Positions 61,394 to 64,000 of a DNA stretch of 64,000 nt are shown here, one piece after another. This stretch comes from Burkholderiales bacterium (lineage in GTDB: Bacteria; Pseudomonadota; Gammaproteobacteria; Burkholderiales; Burkholderiaceae_C), in NCBI GenBank assembly GCA_038326025.1, contig JBBQJP010000021.1, positions 5,440-69,439 of the forward strand, in the 5' to 3' direction. The translations under genes and the position numbers were made by a program. Positions within the stretch are counted from its first letter, which is position 1. The number at the start of each line of letters is the position of its first letter. The notes under the pieces were generated by a model, which had not been told where the DNA came from, did no database searches, and was given only the letters and a program-made list of their open reading frames with translations.

Positions 61394-61587
61394 TTGAACG
61401 CTTTTCAATTCAATGCCTATTCCGGCAAATCACCAGTATCGGGCGCGGGACGACACCTTGCTGGAAACAAGGTTTCAACCGAGTGCGGCGAAACCGCCCG
61501 CCAAAAACAGATGCCAACGGGCATGCCGAGGCGGCTTGGGCGATCGCCGCCATCGAAACATGCTCACCACCCGCGGCGGGGCCGACC

Positions 61588-61998
61588 TCAATCGGCTGGA
61601 CGGAAAATCTCGCGCTGCAATCCCCATTGCTCCATCGCGCTGGAAATGATGATGGACTCGGCGATGTCGACCGTGCCGTCGGAGTGCGCGATGTCGACAC
61701 ACAACCGCAGCAAGCGCTTCTGCAGTTCGGGATTGTCGATTTCGCCGACGATGTCGCGCAATGTGAACTCATCGACCGGACAGGTATTGCCCATGCTCAG
61801 TCGCGCACTCGGCGCCAGATCGTCGTATGCGTCGTGCAGCACGGTTGCCAGCGCATCACGGTCGAGTCCGAGTTGTGCGTGCACGTCGGGATGGCCGAGC
61901 AGTTCGAATTCTGCGTCGCTGATGTCTCCGTCCGCCAATACGGTCAGGGCGACGATGCGGGCAGCGGCCTGCGGGCTGTTGGTCGGGTATCTGCGCAT
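61588..61998 (-). CDS. TerB-like domain protein (tentative), paralog of 30338..30832
   Basis: ORF 61588..62163. ATG at 61998 preceded by AAGGAGAG. MRRYPTNSPQAAARIVALTVLADGDISDAEFELL...IAHSDGTVDIAESIII. Confidence 0.5.
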   Translation of the reverse strand: MRRYPTNSPQAAARIVALTVLADGDISDAEFELLGHPDVHAQLGLDRDALATVLHDAYDDLAPSARLSMGNTCPVDEFTLRDIVGEIDNPELQKRLLRLCVDIAHSDGTVDIAESIIISSAMEQWGLQREIFRPAD

Positions 61999-62299
61999 GG
62001 TTAGTCTCTCCTTGGTTGATGGTGGTTGGCTTGGTGGGCGGTCCTGCCGCAGCCTGGTCGATCCCTGGCGCATGTTGTCCGGCTGCCGAACCGGCTGCGC
62101 GAGACGGGTCCTGTCTTGGCCGCGCGCTTGCACTGCACATCCCGGACAGGCCGTCGAAGCCATGGCCCAGGCCGATCCGGATCAGCGACCGGTCGAGCGC
62201 GGCCTTGACAACGATTGCGTGCGCGCTCTGCTTCTTCGGGCCCGGCCGAGTGGGCCGGGGCTGCTACTCCCCTCGAAGAAATCGCAGTCTGGCACGAAC

Positions 62300-62425
62300 T
62301 GTGAAGGCCCCACGGCTATTGCAGAATTTGCGGCCGATGCTGTGGCTCGTCTACCCGAAGTCCAATGTGCTACCCGCGAAAGTCAGGGTCTTCATCGACT
62401 TCCTGATGGAGAAGATCGCCATCGC
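62300..62425 (+). pseudogene. orphan C-terminal remnant of a LysR-type regulator gene
   Basis: LLQNLRPMLWLVYPKSNVLPAKVRVFIDFLMEKIA is a typical LysR C-terminal tail. No N-terminal body upstream (that space is occupied by the opposite-strand TerB-like gene). Confidence 0.4.
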
Positions 62426-62480
62426 TCCAGTATGGGTCGCGCGAGGGCCTCCAGATCGTGCGGGTATTTCGTGCAAGCAA

Positions 62481-62595
62481 CTACCACCTGGCGACACCAG
62501 CCACTGCTGCACTTGCCAGACGCGTATCTATTTACAAGGACGAGCAATTTTCAGATCATGCGCCGCTGACGATCGAATACGACATGAAGCTTTGA
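62481..62595 (+). repeat. xthA 3'-terminal 115-bp repeat, copy 4 (orphan; probable ancestral gene end)
   Basis: Encodes YHLATPATAALARRVSIYKDEQFSDHAPLTIEYDMKL-stop. Followed directly by core-type genes. Confidence 0.9.
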
Positions 62596-62658
62596 CGCAG
62601 GACTTGGATGGATGAGCTCAAAAGACCTCCAATCAGGCCTATTCCTTGGAATACGGAG

Positions 62659-63204
62659 TCAGCGCCATTTGATCGAGCAACCGATGCTCGCGACTTGCTG
62701 CTTCGGACCCTTGCCCGTTAACGCAACTTGGCGCATGGCGTTGAGCAACTCGGGATCGCGTTCCCCAGCGTTGCCCATCCGAAGATCGTCCAATCGGCCC
62801 CGGTATTGCAATTCCCCGCCTTTGTCGAGACCGAAAAATTCGGGCGTGCACACAGCACCAAAGGCGCGACCCACGGTCTGATCTTCGTCCACCAGGTAGG
62901 GGAATGCAAAGCCGTGCAGCGCGGCAAAGCGCTTCATGTTCGGCGGCGAGTCCGATGGCACACGGTGGTAGTCGTTGGACATCACCGCCACCACCCGCGT
63001 TCCCTCCTCGAGCAGCGTTTGGGTGTCGGCGGCGAGGCGGGCCGCAATGGCCTGCACGTAGGGACAGTGGTTGCAGATGAACATGACCAGCAAGCCCTTG
63101 TCGCCCAGATTTTCAGACAGGGTGAAGGCGCGGCCGTCGGAGTCTTTCAGCGTGAAGTCGGGGGCCTTCCAACCAAAAACGCAAACGGGGGTGTCAAGCA
63201 ACAT
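62659..63204 (-). CDS. thioredoxin-fold (AhpC/TSA-like) protein
   Basis: ORF 62659..63393. ATG at 63204 preceded by AAGGAGAG. WKAPDFTLKDSDGRAFTL...LLVMFICNHCPYV. Confidence 0.8.
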   Translation of the reverse strand: MLLDTPVCVFGWKAPDFTLKDSDGRAFTLSENLGDKGLLVMFICNHCPYVQAIAARLAADTQTLLEEGTRVVAVMSNDYHRVPSDSPPNMKRFAALHGFAFPYLVDEDQTVGRAFGAVCTPEFFGLDKGGELQYRGRLDDLRMGNAGERDPELLNAMRQVALTGKGPKQQVASIGCSIKWR

Positions 63205-63248
63205 CGTCTCTCCTTTTCGTGTCATTGATGGTTCATCGCGGCCTTCGC

Positions 63249-63920
63249 TCAAGAGGTCGGCGCGGCTTCTACCGGCATGGCCGCCAACTGATTCAGGATG
63301 CTGGTGAAGTTCTCCACCCCTTGCGCGCCGCTCACCAGGTGGCGCCGGTTGAAAACCACCGCGGGCACGCCCTGGATGCCCTGGCCGGTCCAATACTGCT
63401 CGGCCTCACGCACCTCGGCGGCAAACCGCTGATCGGCCAGCACTGCCAGTGCCGCCGTCCGGTCCAGGCCAATTTCTGCAGCCACATCGGCCAACACGGC
63501 GTTGTCGGAGAGGTTACGTCCGTGCGTGAAGTGAGCGGCAAAAAGCGCCATTTTCAGATCGTGCATGCGGCCTTGTTGTTCGGCCCAGTGCAAAAGCTGG
63601 TGCTGATTGAAGCTGTTGTGCATGCCTTTGTCATCGGCAAAGCGGAACTCAAATCCAACTTCTGCGCCGACCTGCGTCATGTGCACGCGGCTGGCATCCG
63701 ACTGCTCCTTCGTGGAACCGTATTTTTCGGCCACATGCTCACGGATATTCTGACCTTCGGGTGGCATACCGGGGTTCAATTCAAACGGATGCCAGCGAAT
63801 TTCGTGTGGCGTACCCGTCGCCTCCAGTGCCGTGGCGAGTTGCCTATAGCCGATGACACACCAGGGGCACATTACATCCGAGACGATGTCGATCTGCAGC
63901 TTGGAGGTAGTCGATGTCAT
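63249..63920 (-). CDS. DsbA-family (FrnE-like) dithiol oxidoreductase
   Basis: 223 aa. IDIVSDVMCPWCVIGYRQL CxxC motif. Confidence 0.85.
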   Translation of the reverse strand: MTSTTSKLQIDIVSDVMCPWCVIGYRQLATALEATGTPHEIRWHPFELNPGMPPEGQNIREHVAEKYGSTKEQSDASRVHMTQVGAEVGFEFRFADDKGMHNSFNQHQLLHWAEQQGRMHDLKMALFAAHFTHGRNLSDNAVLADVAAEIGLDRTAALAVLADQRFAAEVREAEQYWTGQGIQGVPAVVFNRRHLVSGAQGVENFTSILNQLAAMPVEAAPTS

Positions 63921-64000
63921 GGTCCAGTTCCTTGTAGTTCATTGGGTGACGCCGGTCGGATTGACCAGAGGAAAGTCTGGGCAATCCGCCACGGCATCAA

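Larger units (their letters stand above)
56164..62480. mobile_element. putative integrated island D (6.3 kb) between copies 3 and 4
   Basis: Bounded by direct repeats. Cargo is a set of small redox/light-stress-associated families, a MerR regulator, SOUL, DUF427, DUF1499 and a TerB-like protein. Confidence 0.5.

Noticed and set aside
29889-62480. Search for tyrosine/serine integrase, excisionase, relaxase, T4SS, phage structural or Tn7-like genes inside the four islands.
   Set aside because: None was recognisable in any frame of the ORF track. The only recombinase is the IS110-type enzyme at 40040..41269, so the islands are not called prophages, ICEs or Tn7-like elements.
29774-62595. Whether the five 115-bp repeats could be a CRISPR array, an integron cassette array or tandem duplications.
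   Set aside because: The spacing is 3.6-14.7 kb, the units are protein-coding gene ends rather than palindromic repeats, no cas or intI genes are present, and there is no attC-like imperfect palindrome. The copies are too diverged from each other for recent duplication.

Overview
This is a high-GC proteobacterial chromosome segment. Gene content and order look betaproteobacterial, probably Burkholderiales, but that is inference only. Positions 1-29.9 kb are ordinary core genome: cpdB (partial), a PBP5/6-type carboxypeptidase, hemJ/hemB, a CorA-type transporter, small redox/hydrolase genes, an Mla/MCE-type ABC operon, mrdA-mreDCB, gatCAB, a SelD fusion, pyrE and xthA. The unusual part starts inside xthA. 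The last 115 bp of xthA (29774-29888) recur four more times in direct orientation, at 37678, 41360, 56049 and 62481. Every copy has the same left boundary, reading frame and stop position. These copies cut 29889-62480 into four tandem islands of about 7.8, 3.6, 14.6 and 6.3 kb carrying unrelated accessory cargo. Core genes (thioredoxin-fold and DsbA-type proteins) resume after the last copy. I read this as repeated site-specific integration into the 3' end of xthA by elements that bring their own surrogate gene end. No tyrosine or serine integrase, phage or conjugation gene is present. The only recombinase is an IS110-family (DEDD) element inserted 6 bp from one junction. Island C carries the most novel-looking system: a tightly coupled minus-strand operon of ispH, a 722-aa FAD desaturase-like enzyme, a hypothetical, a polyprenyl synthase, a 1145-aa protein with two acetoacetate-decarboxylase-like modules and a 274-aa paralog. 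A convergent zinc-ribbon/adenylate-cyclase/STAND-ATPase/TPR protein faces it. No rRNA, tRNA or CRISPR array was found. All family assignments rest on motif recognition by eye, since no searches could be run. Many long ORFs in the supplied track are antisense or alternate-frame shadows typical of high-GC DNA.
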